This document shows, one piece after another, positions 1-11,889 of a stretch of DNA of 64,000 nt. Each line of letters begins with the position of its first letter. Position 1 is the first letter of the stretch. The stretch spans positions 21,915,066 to 21,979,065 of the forward strand of contig NC_057718.1 in the NCBI RefSeq assembly GCF_004010195.1. Reading direction: 5' to 3'. The notes under the pieces were generated by a model. It ran no database searches. It was not told the origin of the DNA and saw only the letters and a program-made list of their open reading frames with translations. The position numbers and the translations under genes were made by a program. The stretch comes from Chiloscyllium plagiosum (taxonomy: Eukaryota).

Positions 1-165
1 AAAACTGAAAGAACTGTGAATGCTGTAAATCAGAAACATAAAGCTGAACTGATGAGTTTTTTGGTTCTGAGAAAGGGTCACCGGACCCAAAACGTTAACG
101 CTGAATTCTCTTCACAGATGCTGCCAGACCTTGTGAGCTTTTCCAGCAATTTGTATTTGTGTTAT
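1..165 (+). mobile_element. Decayed PLE-terminus palindromic element with degenerate hammerhead core
   Basis: Similar to 27683-27897; ttctgagaaagggtcaccggacccaaaacgttaac followed by cagatgctgccagacc...ttttccagca. Confidence 0.6.
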
Positions 166-1034
166 TGAGTGAATGCTGATGGAGTTAGCATGTTTCAGAC
201 CTCTGAAAATGACCTTGCCATGCCAGTAGCTGCTAATGGTACATCTGAAACAGCAAAGGTGGAAACTGCTCAGCCTGCCTTCTGTTTTGCTGAAGTTATT
301 ACTTGCAGTAATTTTTATACCAGACACCAATGATATTTCTGTGTGCTTGGGGAATGTGATGTCATTGACCTGGCTGAGACTTTGGCAGTCTTAATGCAAT
401 GATTGTATCTTGAACTTGGTATAAAATGTTCCATTCAGTACAGAATAGGAATATGTGTGGATAGTAGAAGATTTTAGCTTAATAAATAGCTTGGTCTTGA
501 ACTTTTCCCTATTTAAAATTCTTTATTTTTTAAAGTAAAAATTATACCATAGTCAACAATGACAGTGGATGGTGTAGTGTGACAATGTAACTGGAAATTC
601 CATTTTTATACAAAATGAGGAATGTAAAGTTTTATTGTATAAATATTCTCTGGACGGCATTTACTAAAGAAAATTACTTTTGACATAGCGTTGAGACAAG
701 CAGACATGATTGTATTTTAAGATGAAATGTAGAATTGTTTTCACATTGTGTGGTTTGCTTTTGGGCATTTCCAAATGTCCCAGACACTTTCCAATTTGTA
801 ACAGCAAGTTTTCTTGAATAAAATGAATTGTTATTAAATGGGGGAGATTGAGATCAGTTTTGGCTATAGCTAAATGCTGTATATACATGGCCTTGATATG
901 GTTTATTGTCATTATACATATATTTCGCATGCTTTTCCAAGATATGCCCCATTTTAGTAAACTTTGTAAATGTGGATCAGGTCACCAGTGGGTTCAAGAA
1001 ACCAGATAGCTAAAAATGGTATGATACTAAAATA

Positions 1035-1860
1035 GGTAGAAAAGCAAAGAAAATTTATAGCCCAAGAACGGGCCCTTCGGCCCTCTAAGCCTGAGCCGAT
1101 CCAAATCCACTGTCTAAACCTATCGCCCAGTTCCTAAGAATCTGTATCCCTCTGCTCCCCACATACTCATGCATCTGTCCATGAATCTACTGTGCCTGCC
1201 TCTGCTACCTCTGCTGGCAAGGGTTTCCAGGCGCGTACCACCCTCTGTGTAATGTACTTTCTGCGTGTATCCCCCTTAAACCTTTCAACTCTCAACTTGA
1301 ATGCGTGACCTCTCGTTATGAATCCCTCCCCTGGGAAAAAGCTTATCTCTATCAACCTTGTCTATACCCTTTATGATTTTGTAGACCTCAAACAGTTCCC
1401 CCATTTTCTCAGGTTCAACACACAACCTTCCTTCCTTCCTTAACATTTACTGGACCAACCCTTTCTCGAGTTACCCTCTTGCTTCTTATATATGAATAAA
1501 AGGCCTTGGGATTCTCCTTAATTCTGCTTACTAAAGTTATTTCCTGACCCCTTTTTGCCCGCTTGATTCCTTCTTTAAGATTGGTCTTACTCTCTCGATA
1601 TTCCTCCAAGGCCCCTTCTGTTTTTAAGCTGTCTGGACCTTATGTACGGTTCCCTTTTTCTCTTGACTAGTCGTACGGTTTCTCCTTTCATCCACAGTTC
1701 ACCAGTTCATCTTGCCATTCCTATCCCTTGTTTTCAAAGGGACATGCCTATCTTGCTGCTACCTTCAACCTATCTTTGAAAGCCTCCCACATATCAAATG
1801 TGGACTTCCCTTCAAATAGCTGCTCCTAATCCACACCTCTCATCTCCTGCTGAATTTTGA
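1035..1860 (-). mobile_element. CR1 LINE fragments (3' end plus ORF2 linker)
   Basis: TRGHAFKLRVERFKGD..ITQRVVRAW and RIKENPKAFYSYIRSKRVTRERVGP motifs. Confidence 0.85.
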
Positions 1861-1879
1861 TGCTGAAGCAGGCAGTGAT

Positions 1880-2560
1880 GAGGAGATAAAGAGGGTACAG
1901 GTGGATATTGATAGGCTTCGAGAATGACCAGAATCTGGGAGATGGAGTTTAGTGTGGATAAATGTGAGGTTGTCCAGTTTGGCTGGAAAGACAAAAACGC
2001 AAATTATTATTTAAATAGAAGCAGATTCAAACTGCGTCAGTGTGGAGAGATCTGGGTGTCTTTGTGCATGAATTGTAGAAAGTGGGTGCAGCATATAATA
2101 AGAATGGCAAATAGAATCCTTGCATTCATTATAAAAGGACTGGCTTATAAAAGTAAAGAGGTGTTGTTACAATTATATAAGATGTTGGTGAGGAAACATC
2201 TGGAATATTGTGTTCAATTCTGTTCTCCTTAGTTGAGGAAGGATATGGTGGGATTGGAGGCAGTTCAGAGGAGGTTCACTAAGCTGATTCCAGAGATGAA
2301 AGAACTGTCATATGAGGAGTGTTGAATAGTTGGGACTTATACTCGCCGGAGTTCAGAAGAATGAGGGGAGAGTCTGCTTGAGGTATATTAAATGCTAAAG
2401 GGGATTGATAAGGTGGGCATTGAGCAGATAGGACAGCTTTGAATAAGATGGCATAGATATAGTGAGAGGAGGTAGATTCAAAACTAAAATGAGGCAAAAC
2501 TGCTACTGAGAGTTGTGAATCTGTGGAACTCTCTGCCACAGAATGCAGTGGAGGCAGAAT
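1880..2560 (+). mobile_element. CR1 LINE ORF2 C-terminal fragment, decayed
   Basis: WEMEFSVDKCEVVQFG...LQLYKMLVRKHLEYCVQFCSP. Confidence 0.88.
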
Positions 2561-2574
2561 CTAAAATAATTCCA

Positions 2575-2765
2575 CAGAGGCTGATATCCGATCACCAAAT
2601 CATCCTTTATTTACACATGCATATATTTGATACTGGTCATGCTTCCTCAGAGTGAACAGAACCTTTGACACTCCTGTCAGCCTGGGCTCCCTTATTGGGG
2701 CTGTTAATCTTGATCAGTCAGGGAACTTGTATTCTATGAGGTCCACCTGGCTCCTAATTCCTATG
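2575..2765. mobile_element. Possible solo LTR or other interspersed repeat
   Basis: Block with distinct composition and a minus-strand AATAAA (ctttattt); remembered resemblance to shark LTR-like repeats; termini not clear. Confidence 0.25.
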
Positions 2766-2852
2766 GTCGTATAATTAGTTTGATTTTTCATGGCATGGAA
2801 ATGAGTAACTTCTTTCAGCGGAAATGTGTGTCATTGTTGAACTTTCGTACAG

Positions 2853-3063
2853 ATTCCAAGTGGATTTACAGTGTGGAAGCAGTGAAAAACCTCGTGCAGA
2901 TGTAGCCTTCCATTTCAATCCACGTTTTTGGAGATCTGGGCGTGTTGTTTGCAATACTCTGACATGTGAAAGATGGGGACGTGAAGAGATAAAATATGAG
3001 ATGCCATTCAAAAAAGGAGAGCCATTTGAAATCATTTTCTTCGTAATGGTTGACAGGTTCAAG
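2853..3063 (+). CDS. LGALS8: Galectin-8 exon, N-terminal CRD core
   Basis: tacag|A TTC...AAG|gtaatg; (R)[45 protein letters not shown]...DRFK with H-N-R, N and WG-EE galectin motifs. Confidence 0.97.
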
Positions 3064-4419
3064 GTAATGCTCGCCGTTCCTAATTTTTTTTTGACATTTT
3101 CCTTGATGTTTTCTGACATGGCATCTTAGTACTGTGTAATTGTGGAACTTGTTAAAAGATATTTAAATTCGACAATGTGCCCATCATGCTGCATTGTTCA
3201 ATAACTTGCAGTGCCATTGTAAAACTTAACATGTAAAACTCCAACAAATTGGTTATAATTTGTAAGTTGCCCTTAAATCTTCTGCAATGTAGGGTTTTTT
3301 TTTGTCATATTGCTGGTAAATGCGATGATTAATCTGACTCTCTGGACATTGCTGTTGTGACTCCTCAGCAGTACACAGGGTCAAGTAATTGAGTTTAAAA
3401 GAGAGCTTAGTAACCATCAAAAATGGATGGAGACATAGTTGCTCTGAACTGTTTATGTGTCCTTTCCTGCAGTATCAGGTCGTCTTATGCAGTGGATGGA
3501 GATTGTCTGGATTTATGCTTCACATAATTTGTATTTAGAAATAAAATACTTGTAGTCAATTGAGATGTGAAAGTAACCAGGAGATTGATTACTTGTGTTT
3601 TTTAAATAAACTTTTCACATACATTGAATACTAATTTAGTCTTGTTGTCAAATTGAGAATAGTGCATGAGCTTCAACTCTTACTTAACCTAACCTTCTCT
3701 GTGCAATGCTTGGTAGTTGAAATGAAATGAGAATGTCAACTCTTTCAGTTCATCTAAAGGTGATTTTTTTGTAATGTTATTACAATGAGAAGATTTTTTT
3801 GAAACATCTCTCTGTTAAGTAACAGCTTTTGATTGTCCTGCTTCTAAGTAAATGTGTAAGTAATGAAATCCATAAATAATTCCAGTTGTATCGGCATTTT
3901 CTATCATCCTAGTACCTTTTTCAAAACTCAGTCCTGTTCGCATCGTCTTCCTTTCATGTAACTGCCTCACCATATTATAATTAGTGTCATCAATAGAGGC
4001 ACATTGGTTACTGTTTCATCAGAATAGAAATGCCGTATTGCTGTGATGATAGCAATATTGTCAAATCCATTGCCTTTTTCTTTGCATGCAAAGATACAAA
4101 GGGAAAAACCAATGAAGACTTGTTTTCTATTTTTACCTTGATATAAATATACAAGCAAAAATGTTATTAACTCTGTTTTCTTAGGGAACTGAGAGTGAAG
4201 TGTATCAAATGCTCCTGTCTATTGTGTTAAGCACAGTTAGATTTGCTGGAAGTGTATAGTTTTGGAGCAAGTGAATTGAATTTGTGTTGGGGGTGTAGCT
4301 GGAAAATGGGTTGAAGTTATGGGATTGATTGATGCATTGGTAATGCATGACATTACCTTTAGGAATGGTAATTATCTGCAGGAACCTACTCTATATATAA
4401 ATATGTATTTATCTACTAG

Positions 4420-4539
4420 GTTGCAGTTAATGGAAAACATTTCATGGACTACCAACACAGAATAAGTGTGGACAGAGTTGACACACTTGGAATTTCCGGT
4501 GTGGTCCAAATTCAAACGATTTGCTTCTTGAACAGCACT
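4420..4539 (+). CDS. LGALS8: Galectin-8 exon, end of N-CRD
   Basis: ctag|GTT...ACT|gtaagt; VAVNGKHFMDYQHRISVDRVDTLGISGVVQIQTICFLNST, 120 nt. Confidence 0.96.
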
Positions 4540-4729
4540 GTAAGTAAGAAGTAAATAAGCAATTTGTATTAACATATTTCTGGGTGATTAAATGGACATA
4601 ATAGGAAGTTCAGGATTATCTTCCAAATCAAATGTCATGAAATTATTTCAGATTGCAATTCCATCTTTTTTTTTCTTTGTCACCCTTTGACTATTTGCCC
4701 ATATGTACTGACATACTTCTAGTGTTAAT

Positions 4730-6590
4730 AATGTTTGAGAAGATTTGTAGCTCAGGTTGATTATAAGTATATAAGTTAGCTTGCTCACCTGGGAGGCTTG
4801 TTTTCAGACGTTTTGTCACCACGACTAGGTAACATCATCAGTGAGAGTCTCCAGTGAAGCACTGGTGGTATGTCCCGCCTCTCTATTGGTTTCTTCAAGT
4901 GGGTGATGTCATTTCCAGTTCTTTTCTTCAAGGGAAGGTAGATGGGATCTAAGTCGATATGTTTATTGATGGAGTTCTGGTTAGAGTGCTATGCCTGTAA
5001 GAATTCTCATGCGTGTCTTTGTTTCACCTATTCTAGAATGTGTGTGTTGTCCCAGTCAAAGTGGTATCCTTATTTGTCTGTATGTATGGAAACTAGTGAT
5101 TGTGGGTCTTGTCTTTTGGTGGCTAGTTGGTGTTCCTGTATCCTGGTGGCAAGTTTCCTGCTTCTTTGTCCGCTGTAGTGTTTTTTACAGTTCTTGCATG
5201 GTATCTTGTAGATGACATTCGTTTTGCTCGTAGTATCTAATGGATCCTTTCAGTTCATTAGTAATTATTTAAATGTGTTGGTAGGTTTGTGGGCTACCAT
5301 GATGTTAAGGGGTCTGAGTAGTCTGGAAGTCATTTCTGAAATGTCTTTGATGTAACGTAATGTAGCTATAGTTTTTGGTTGCGTTGTGTCTGCTTGTTTG
5401 GGCTTGTTTCTGAGGAATTGTTTCTGAGGATTGTGTTTATTGAGTACCCGTTTTTCTTGAAAACATTGTATAGATATTTTTCTTCGGCGTTTTGTAGTTC
5501 TTGGGTGCTGCAGTGTGATGTAGCTCGTTGAAATAATGTCTCCATTTGTGGGTGTTGCGATGATTGCTTCTGAAGTATTTGGTCTGTGTTTGTTGTTTTT
5601 CTGTAGACGCTGGTTTGAAGCTTTTCGTTAACTGTACATTCAACTGTTACATCTAGGAATGGGAGTCTGTTGTCGTTCTCCTCTTTTGTGAAATGTATGC
5701 CTGTCAGGATATTGTTGATGGTATTGTATGTTTCCTCCAATTTGTTATGTTTTGTGATGACAAAGTTGTTATTCATGTAGCAGACACAAAGTTTGAGTTG
5801 GATAGATGGGAGGGCAGCTTGTTCCAGTCTCGGAATTACTGCTTCTGCTAAGAGCCCTGATATTGGTGATCCCATGGGCGTTCTGTTGACTTGTTTGTAG
5901 GTTTTGTTATTGAATGTGAAGTGGGTGGTGTGGCGCAGTCCACTAGCTTGAGGATGTTGTCTTTGCTGATGAGGTTGGTGCTGACTGGTATTTGTGGTCC
6001 TGGTTTTCCTAGTAGTGATGCCAGTGTTTCTTTGGTCAGGTCGATATTAACTGACATGAAAAGGGCTGTAACGTCAAAGGAGACCATTATTTCATCCTCT
6101 TCTATCTTGGTGTCTTTGATGTTCAGGAATTCTTGGTGGAGTGAACGGAGTGGCATGAATCTTCAGTTAGATGTTTTAATTTCTGGTGGAAATCCTTGGC
6201 TAGTCTGAATGCTGGTGTGCCAGGTAGAGAGACTATGGGTCTGAGGACTCCCCAGGTTTGGGTATTTTTGGTACTCCATAGAAGCGTGACTGGAACAACA
6301 CACATCCTAGGACAGGTGAAACAAAGATGGCACAAGAATTCTTAGAAGCATGGCATTCTAACCAGAACTCCATCAAAAAACACATTGACGTAAATCCCGT
6401 CTACCTTCCCCTGAAAGAAAGAACTGGAAATGACATCACCCACCTGAAGAAACTAAGCCCCTATAAATAGAGAGGCGGGACATAGCACCAGCGCTTCACC
6501 GGAGACTCCCACTGATGATGTTGTTACCTAGTCATGGTGACAAAACGTCTGAAAACAAACCTTCCACCTCAGCGAGTTAACTTATATACA
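4730..6590 (-). mobile_element. Penelope-like element (RT + GIY-YIG), 5'-truncated, with inverted copy of its 3' end
   Basis: Minus-strand LRPIVSLPGTP, MVSFDVTALF, MGSPISGLLAE, LPFLDV, VYRKTTNTDQ, and NVIYKIPCKNCKKHYSGQ..LATRIQEH (GIY-YIG); 6295-6590 is an inverted copy of about 4765-5050; frameshifted. Confidence 0.92.
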
Positions 6591-6972
6591 TACAGCTTGT
6601 GTCTTTCGTAACTAATCGATCTAGGTTTGTAACTTTGATTAGAGGATGACCTATTTAACTGCAAAACACAATTTTGTTTGATATGATGTTGGTCCTCCTG
6701 ATTACTCCGTCTTCAGTGAAATACTCCTTTAGCAAAAGCAGCTCTCTGAAGTTTGATCTTGTGGTGCACCTCCAATATTCTGATTATCTTATTGAAAATA
6801 GGGTAATATATACATGTGCTGAGGTCATGCTACTTATATTAATGTTTATTTATAACCATTAGAATCTAGTGTATAGGATCTCATTACTATAGATAACCAA
6901 TGCTCCTAATGTGCTCTAACTTCTTTACATCCATAAACCAGATAGTGTAATAAACATTTCTGTCGTAACTAG

Positions 6973-7029
6973 GAACAGGATAATCCATATTCTACCCTAC
7001 CGATAAAGAAGACTGATGCAAGTGGGACT
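6973..7029 (+). CDS. LGALS8: Galectin-8 linker exon 1 (57 nt)
   Basis: ctag|GAA...ACT|gtaagt; EQDNPYSTLPIKKTDASGT, phase 0-0; size matches the recalled mammalian linker exon. Confidence 0.82.
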
Positions 7030-7118
7030 GTAAGTCCGAGAATTTATCCTTTTAAACTCTCTTTCTACTGCCTTCAAGTTATTACGCATTGTCTTAATAA
7101 TGTTTGTTGATATTGCAG

Positions 7119-7145
7119 CATGCCAAGCCTACAACAATTCCATTG
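7119..7145 (+). CDS. LGALS8: Galectin-8 linker micro-exon (27 nt)
   Basis: ttgcag|CAT...TTG|gtaagt; HAKPTTIPL, phase 0-0; resembles the recalled mammalian VPKSGTPQL exon in size. Confidence 0.82.
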
Positions 7146-7217
7146 GTAAGTGCACAATTGTTTGTTTGCACCATATTTTGTAAATTTGATACTTTCCTTT
7201 AGCAGTTCTGATACTTT

Positions 7218-8128
7218 GTCAAACTTGATTGTGTTTTTTGAAGAAGTAGCAAAGAGGATTGATGAGGGCAGAGCGGTAGATGTGATCTATATGGACTTCA
7301 GTAAGGTGTTCGACAAGGTTCCCCATGGAAGACTGGTTAGCAAGGTTAGATCTCACAGAACACTAGCCATTTGGATACAGAACTGGCTCAAAGGTAGGAT
7401 ACAGAGGGTGGTGGTGCAGGGTTGTTTTTCAGTCTGGAAGCCTTTGACCAGTGGAGTACCACAAGGATCGGTGCTGGGTCCTCTACTTTTTGTCATTTAT
7501 GTAAATGACTTGGATGCGAGCATAAGAGGTACAGTTAGTAATGGTCAGAGTATTGAGTACAGGAGTTGGGAGGTCATGTTGCGGCTGTACAGGACATTGG
7601 TTAGGCCACTGTTGGAATGTTGCATGCAATTCTGGTCTCCTTCCTGTCAGAAAGATGTTGTGAAACTTGAAAGGGTTCAGAAAAGATTTCCAAGGATGTT
7701 GCCAGCGTTGGAGGATTTGAGCTATAGGGAGAGGATGAACAGGCTGGGGTTGTTTTCCCTGGAGCTGAGGGCTGACCTTACAGAGGTTTACAAAATTTAT
7801 GAGGGGCATGGATAGGATAAATAGACAAAGTCTTTTCTCTGGGTCGGAGAGTCCAGAACCAGAGGGCATAGGTTTAGGGGGAGAGGGGAAAGACATAAAA
7901 GGGGCAACTTTTTCACACAGAGAGTGGTACGAGTATGGAATGAGCTGCCAGAGGATGTAGTGGAGGCTGGTACAGTTGCAACATTTAAAAGGATGGGTAT
8001 ATGAATAGGAAGAGTTTGGAGGATATGGACCAGATGCTGGCAGGTGGGACTAGATTGGGTTGGGATATTTGGTCGGCATGGACAGGTTGGACCGAAGGGT
8101 CTGTTTCCATGCTGTACATCTCTATGAT
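7218..8128 (+). mobile_element. CR1 LINE 3' portion with internal deletion
   Basis: [27 protein letters not shown]; jump from TVS to GQSIEY removes FADD; CR1 tail ggaccgaagggtctgtttccatgctgtacatctctatg. Confidence 0.92.
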
Positions 8129-8469
8129 GGTGAATATTTTAAACCAACTCCATTCTCAGCTGCTGTGGAAAAACAAACAGAATGCCTCCACCATTGTAAC
8201 TTGATAAATCCACCAAATAGAACATGATAATACTTCAATATCCAAGCACAAGTGTTTCCAGAGGTTGTATTTTTCAGTAACATTTTCCCCTCATTTCATT
8301 TCTCCCCCCCTTTTTCACCTCATCCCCATCCTTGCCTCTTCCTTTCACTTTTAGAATTATTTACTTTTCTCAAATTTTCTGACCAGGCTTAAAGAGGTGG
8401 ACAAAATATAGAAAGTAGCTGAAAGGCTTAGGTTGTTAATATTTCCCTGTTTTTAATACTTAGAAATAT

Positions 8470-8645
8470 TAGAAACCAAGACCTATAAATAGAGAGGCTG
8501 GACATACCGCCAGTACTTCACCGGAAACTCTCACTGATGATGTTACCCAGTCATAGTGATAAACGTCTGAAAACAAACATTCCAGCTCAGCGAGCTAACT
8601 TACATATTATCAACCTGAGGTACAAATCTTCTCCAAAATCGCTAA
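8470..8645 (+). mobile_element. PLE 3' terminal repeat fragment (same family as 4730-6590)
   Basis: Aligns with 6445-6590 and ends caacctgaggtacaaatcttctc like 4730-4760 reverse; degenerate hammerhead at 8532-8569. Confidence 0.88.
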
Positions 8646-8668
8646 TTTGGAAGATATTTTGGTTTTAG

Positions 8669-8757
8669 GCTGTTCCTTACATGGGTCAGATTAAGGATGG
8701 ATTATGCCCTGGTCGAACAATCACTCTTCAAGGCAAAGTCAATAGGAACCCAGACAG
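8669..8757 (+). CDS. LGALS8: Galectin-8 exon, start of C-CRD
   Basis: ttttag|GCT...AG|gtaatt; AVPYMGQIKDGLCPGRTITLQGKVNRNPDR, 89 nt. Confidence 0.95.
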
Positions 8758-8794
8758 GTAATTTAGTTTTATAATTGTTACAAACTGCATTTTA

Positions 8795-9250
8795 TAAGAC
8801 TATAAGATATAGGGGCATTTAGCCTATCAGGTCTGCTCCACCATTCAATGAGATCGTGGGAGATCTGACCATCCTTAACTCCACTTTCTGGCCTTTTCAC
8901 CATAATGTTTTCATTTCCATAATGATTAAAGATCTCTCAATCTCAGCCTTGGAGGCATATAGTGACCAAACCTCAGCAGCCCTTTGCAGTAAACAATTTC
9001 ACAGATTCGCTACTCTCCAAGAGCAGAAATTTCTCTTCATCTCTTAAATGGACAAACCCTTATTCTGAGATTATGTTGTCTGGTCCTAGGCTCTCCCACA
9101 AGTGGAAACAACCCTTTTGCATGTACCCTGTCAAGTTCCTTTAGAATACTGTATATTTCAATAAGGTCACCTTTCATTTTTCTGAACTCCAATGATTATA
9201 TACCTAACCTATTCAACATCCCCTCTTCAGACAGTCTCTTCATACCTGAT
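8795..9250 (-). mobile_element. CR1 LINE 3' fragment, old
   Basis: Tail taagactataagatatagg followed by reverse-strand CR1 3' sequence. Confidence 0.75.
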
Positions 9251-9274
9251 GAACCTTCTCAGGTCTGTTTTATA

Positions 9275-11889
9275 ACATAGTAAGACTTGTAGGTCATTCA
9301 GCCCCTGGAGCCTGCCCCACCATTCAATAATGTCATGCCTGATCTGTGGCCTAACTCCATATGCCAATCTTGGGTCAATATCCCTTGTTACCTTTGTTTA
9401 ATAAAAATTTGAGTGTCAGATTTAAATTTAACAATTGAATTAGAATCGACCACCATTTGAGGAAAAGAGTTTCAAACCCCCACTACTCTTTGCATGTAGA
9501 AGTGCTTTCTAACATCTCTCCTGAATGGTCTGGCTCTAATTCTTAAACTATGTATCCTGCCCACCTGATTAGATCACCCCTTAATCTTTGAAATTCTGGA
9601 CCATAAAGGCCTAATTTGTTTAATCTGACTTTATAACTTAACCCCTTAAGTCCAGGTATCATTCTTATAAACCTGCATGGAACTCGCTCCGGGTCAAAAC
9701 ATCCTTCCTAAGGTAAGGTGCCCAGATCTGTTCATAGTACTCCAAGTGGGATCTGATTAGGGTTTTGTATAACTACAGCATAATGTCTACATCCTTCTCC
9801 TCCAGCCTTTTAGGTATGAATCAGCCTTCTTGACTGCTTTGTGCACCAGTTCCTGGTACTTTATAGAGCTATGCTACTGAACCCCCAAATCTTGTTGGGC
9901 ATCCACTGTATTTAACTTTATGCCTTCTCAACAATACCTGACCTACCCTTTCTTTTTTGGTCCAAAATGGATAACCTCACACTTCCATTAAAATCCATTT
10001 GCCACAGCTCTGTGCATTCACCTCATCTATCAGTATCCTGTTGTAATTACATGATGTCATTAACATTGTCCATGATGCTGCCCAATCTTGTGCTGTCAGC
10101 AAATTTGAATATTTGACGCAAAAATGGAATCTTTATCAGAATCACTGTACTCAGTTATTCTGCTTCCTTCCCACAGATGTTGCTGGGGAGGATCTGCTAC
10201 AATTTCTGTTTTTGTTTCAGATCTCCAGCATCCACAGTTCTTTGTTTTATTTTGAATATTTGTCACTTAATGCCATTATTCAAGTCATTAATGAATAATT
10301 GAGATCCCAACACAGATCTCTGCAGGACACCACTAGTCATATCCTGCCAATTTGAGTACTTAGCCATTGTTCCAACTCTCCTGTCACTCAACCAATTTAC
10401 TATCCATGTCAGTAATCCATGGGCTTCCACCTTAACCAACTGTCTTCTGTGGGACTTCATCAAAAGCCATCATGAAGTCAACATAAACAACATCTATCAA
10501 CTTACCTCTGTCCATCACCTTTGTCATCTCTTGAAAAACTTGGAGGTTTGTCAGGCATGACCTACCATTCGTTAATCCATGCTGACTGTCAAGAATAACT
10601 GACAAGTTTTGAGTTGATGTTATCCTATCCTTGATTATAGATTCCAATAATTTCCCCACCATATTTGTCAGGCTAACAGGCCTGTAATTTCCTTGTTTCC
10701 CTCTGCTTTCCTTTAAGAGTGGAGTGATATGAGCAACTTTTAAATCCAGAGGTACAACTCCATGGTCAAGGAAACTCTGCCAATGTCCTAACTATAATCT
10801 TTCAATGTGTTCTCCTACCTTCTTTAAAACCATGGATGGAAACCACCAGGTCCTTGGGATTTGTCACTCTAAAGTTCCATTGATTTCCCCATTATTGACT
10901 ATTTGCTTCAGGTAATTTTATTTAGACCGTTACTGAGCCTCTGTTAATTTCTTTGGATTTTCCTGCAAGCTATTCTCCTTTTCCGCTGTGAATACTGAAA
11001 CATTAAAATCATTCAGCATGTCTGCCACTTCCCCATGATCATCGACAGTATCCTTATTCACAGCCGACAATGGTCCAATTGTACTCTTAACCAGCTGTTT
11101 TCCATTTATATAACTATGAAATCTCTTTTTGTCTTTTATGTCTCTTGCAAGTTGCCTTTTGTAATCCTTTATAGCCACTCTTCTGAACTGCATTGTGGCC
11201 CTTTATTGGTCTTTGCATTTGTCCCATTCTGTATTGTCCTTGTGTTTTTATAAGCCCTTCCTTTTTAATTTTATGCTGTCCCATAACCTCCTCAGATGTC
11301 CTTGGCTGTTTTGTTTTGTGAGGTGGAGCTTTTCCTTCTGAAATATTGTTACGTTTCTTTGAATACTCATCGCTGTTCCTTGGTTGTTTTACCTATTAGC
11401 AGAGCTTCCCAGTTTACTGTGGGCAGTCTCTGCCTCATCCTATTAAAGCCTGGCTTAATTAAATCCAAAATTCTCATTTCTAATCTTTGATTGTGTTTTA
11501 CAATCACTTCATGAAACTGGATCATGTAATGATCATTATTTGACAACGTTCATGAACAATTAGGTCACTAACTAATTGAGGCTTATTGCTCATTACTAGA
11601 TCCAATGTTGCTTGTCACCTTGTCACATCCAAGACATATTGCTGCAGTAACTATCCCGAACACACTCTAGAAATTCACAACCTTTCTGGCAAGTGTTTGT
11701 CTCCCCCAGTCTATGTTAAGATTAAAATTCCTAATTAGTACTTCTCTGCCTTTGCCCCATACTTGCTTAATTCAGTACTTAAACAATCTCGCACTTCTGA
11801 GCTGCTATCAGGTGGTTTGTGATTTTAGTTCCTTTATGGTTCCTCAGTTCAACACATAAGGTCTGTACTGGGTGCTTAGCCCTCAATAT
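9275..11889 (-). mobile_element. Old CR1 LINE ORF2, decayed; continues at about 14969-15085 beyond a nested insertion
   Basis: [64 protein letters not shown]; interrupted near 10115-10260. Confidence 0.85.

Noticed and set aside
6733..6802. Possible extra LGALS8 linker exon (tttag|caaaag...aatagg|gtaata)
   Set aside because: Phase-0 reading hits TGA after 7 codons and 70 nt is not a multiple of 3; the exons at 6973 and 7119 already complete the linker.
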